Of a stretch of DNA of 64,000 bases, positions 60,921 to 64,000 are shown one piece after another. The notes beneath the pieces are model-generated. The model had not been told where the DNA came from, did no database searches, and worked only from the letters and a program-made list of their open reading frames with translations. The stretch's first letter is position 1, and the number at the start of each line of letters is the position of its first letter. The stretch spans positions 20,903,045-20,967,044 of the forward strand of contig NC_092680.1 of the NCBI RefSeq assembly GCF_964355755.1, read 5' to 3'. The position numbers were made by a program, and so were the translations under genes. The DNA is from Antedon mediterranea. Taxonomy: Eukaryota; Animalia; Echinodermata.

Positions 60921-63774
60921 CTAGTTTCGGACTAAGGCAATTAGCATCTTTTTGTAGTCACCGCTCGTGTCATCTTTGATCCACTCGGACATCGGTTTGC
61001 CGTACATGCGCAAAAACTCCATTTTGGCTGTGCCGAGATCAATCTGAAAGTATTGATAGAAAGCGAAATTGAATCAATATGAGAATAATAACATGACTCA
61101 CAAAGTCATGCTTTTGAAGAAGATAACTTTACTGTTTTTAAACGTTGTTTTATACTGTTCCTCGTGACGTGTTGTGCTTGAAAAATGCAAAGCAAAAACA
61201 TGCACGGACAATCACATGATATTCTGAAACTAAATATATAAAATACGTTATCTTCCCCAACCAATACGCACATTTGAAATAAATATTATGATCGAACGCA
61301 TAACCCCCGCGTCTCGGACCCAATATTTCCGACACTTCTGAAGGAGCCCAGTTCCCTTGACCAAAAATACTAAATAATAAAATGTACCTCAGCGCGAGAG
61401 ACAATACAACGGATCAGCTGCTGGTCCTTGGTTCCTGCACCTTGCATTGCGTCACGGATCCGTTTGGCGAAGTACGCGGGCGTATTACGCGCACATCCAA
61501 CTAAAAATGGAGAAAAAGATATTTAAAAATAATATTCGAGTTATTAATAATCATCGTCTTCGTCACTTATGATCATTGAATCTCTAAATCAATGATCGAG
61601 TGAGTTTTGACTTAATATTAGTAAAAGATAAATATTTTGGCACGTATAGCGTTTCATACGTATACTACTTAAGCTTGTAAACTCGGGATGTATTGCAGGA
61701 CAAAATTCGAAACGCTGACTCAGTGGTGGACTAACATAAAAAATACTATAATATGTATGAATGGATGTATGGAGCGCTGTCGTCATTATATCCGTATCAA
61801 TTGTCAATATTGTCGCAATCGCAAATCATCGTTATTGAGTCAGTAATGGTTTAATCATCTTTGTCACATTATTTTTTCTCATTATGTCGACATTGTAAAC
61901 AGTCGGTTCTAGCGTACTTCGTCGGAATGACAACTTCAACATTGACTTCGATAGGTGCGAATAATAGTATGATTAGCTTACTGATGGCTAGGAATCCATC
62001 CTCTAAATCGCCAGATGTTTCACTCTTAATTGCTTCTTCTATTGTCTTCTTAGATATCTGAAACCCAAATAATAAGTAACGACTGTCACAAAGCATAGTA
62101 ACTATCAGTGTATCCGTTACTATCAGTATTACAAGAAGATTAAAATACTCACTCGTGAAAAACAAAAACCAAACAATTCGTTAGTTTCTAAACGATCAGA
62201 GATAGTATATTCCAACACTAAAGCTCTGTCTACACTATCAAACTAGTTTGACAAAAAAAGTGTGATGTGCTCAAATATGGTAGTAATATGACATCAATAT
62301 GTCCTTATATAAGCATATCACATTTGTTTGTCACAAGAAGTTTTGAGCTTAACACGAAACCTACCTTGTCATAAGCATCGAATGTAGCTCTTAGTTGGGC
62401 AAAGCTTCTTGTTGCTAAGACACGCAGTATTTCAGATTCGTCCGTCCCCCATTTTGCTTCCCCAGCCTAAATGGTGTAAAGAAATCATCATCATTGATAT
62501 AATTATTATTTTAATTAACCACTTTTATATTTAGTAAATGTCAGTAAACATTCAGTAAACCTGTTCTGCACCATGTTGTACAACTATGGCATTGGTACAT
62601 CTTCACAACATAGTCATCTTTACCCTTTCTCCAAATATTGAAATGGTGTTATTGTTTTGGGGGTTGAAATTGTTGAAATGATAATGAAGACGGTAACCAA
62701 TTATTGTTTATTTTTGTTTTGTATACCTTGTAAATGGCGTTGGCGTCCGCATTAGCTTTGCCCTCGTCGACGGTGGGGCTTTCATCTCTCGCAGCCTAAA
62801 ATAAAAATATCATAATTTATTTCATGTAGGCCTGTTTTAAGAATGCTAAAACTCAAACATGTTAAATCTGTATGGTTTCAACAATGTTAAGCACTTAATA
62901 ACAGTCCTCCTACCCAATGTTAAGTTGTGTCTATACTATCAAACTTTGTGACAAAAGTGATGTGCCCATATATGGACATGATGATGTCATATAACTACCA
63001 TATTTGGTAACATCGCTACCATATTTGGGCACATCACACAAGTTTGATAGTGTAGACGAGCTTTAGTTTAGCAAACTGTTCGACATTAGCTGTTGGATTG
63101 TTCCGTTAGATATAACAACCATAACACAAACCTGGCAACATGAAACCATAAGACGTTTAAAGTGACCGCTAGTCTCACTCATTAGATCCTTTTCCAAATC
63201 CCGTTTAAATTCTGCAAAATAATTTACACAAAAACAATTTACTAATGCATGCGTCTGATAAAGCTTTTAACACAAATTACAAATATTCGACCATATTAAT
63301 ATATTATGTTATTCATTTATTGTGAATAATTTATTAGACTATTTTGTGTCAACTATTATTGAGGCTTCTAAAAATTGTCCTGGATAATGGGGTTTAGTGT
63401 CAAAGATAGATTTATTCTAAAGCTCTGTCTACACTATCAAACTTTGTAACAAAAAACGTGATGTGCCCATATATGGACATGATGATGTCATATCACTACC
63501 ATATTTGTTCATATCACTACCATATTTGGGCACATCACATTTTTTTGTTACCACATCCTGATTGAGAAGTAAGCCTGTTTACCTTTCTTGTAAGCTTCCT
63601 TTATGCTTTTGATTTCCTTTAAAAGAAAAAGATAAAATTAGCAAACTTTTAAACGTAAGTAAATAAAAGTCAATATGGAGGATATGATTATACTGTATGT
63701 TATAAATTACAAATTACCTGGTTGGTTCGTGTACACATTATCTCCAGTATAGCTTTCTCGTCAGTTCCAGCACC
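60921..63774 (-). CDS. Annexin (repeats 2-4; 5' exons beyond the right edge of the window)
   Basis: Exons 63774-63718 (GAGTDEKAILEIMCTRTNQ), 63616-63583, 63211-63132 (DLEKDLMSETSGHFKRLMVS), 62795-62727, 62466-62365 (AGEAKWGTDESE...RSFAQL), 62057-61982 (IKSETSGDLE), 61500-61388 (PAYFAKRIRDAMQGAGTKD..LIR), 61043-60921 (IKDDTSGDYKKMLIALVRN*). All GT-AG and in frame. Subfamily not assignable by eye. Confidence 0.96.
62923..63062. mobile_element. Harbinger-like MITE family A copy (annexin intron)
   Basis: TGTCTATACTATCAAAC...GTTTGATAGTGTAGACGAGCT-TTA. Further copies in adjacent annexin introns at 62222-62349 and 63421-63550. Confidence 0.7.
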
Positions 63775-64000
63775 CTTGAAATAAATAACATTAAATGCTA
63801 CCGGTACTTAGTATGACATTAGTTTCCAATGCTTTTGCCTATTAGGCCTACTACTAATGTTTTAATTCCCTATAGAGTTTGTATTATGTGTACACAATGA
63901 ATTAGTTTTTAATAGCCTTATCACTCATTATATATTGCGAGCAATCATAGATCATTCGTTAAAAAGTTCATTAACATTTTCGCTATTTAAGACTGCTTTG

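Overview
AT-rich eukaryotic genomic DNA with intron-rich genes. Gene content and repeat families suggest an invertebrate deuterostome, probably an echinoderm; the taxon is an inference. I assembled five spliced protein-coding genes by hand from GT-AG sites with consistent reading frames. (1) A minus-strand type I membrane protein: signal peptide, WSC domain, 9 sushi/CCP domains, mucin stalk, TM, NPxY tail, running off the left edge. (2) A minus-strand DEG/ENaC (ASIC-like) channel carrying a 163-codon single-exon insertion. (3) A minus-strand choline transporter-like SLC44 gene. (4) Plus-strand RMC1/C18orf8 with 20 coding exons and a U12-type minor intron. (5) The 3' part of a minus-strand annexin whose last coding segment is duplicated in frame behind the stop codon. 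Non-coding DNA holds Kolobok-, Harbinger- and hAT-like MITEs, Helentron-type HINEs, a Deu-domain tRNA-SINE, LINE remnants and several minisatellites. It also holds two Penelope-type minimal hammerhead ribozyme motifs in introns, sense to their host genes. No CRISPR array, rRNA or intact tRNA was seen. Most short ORFs in the supplied track are exon fragments or noise.
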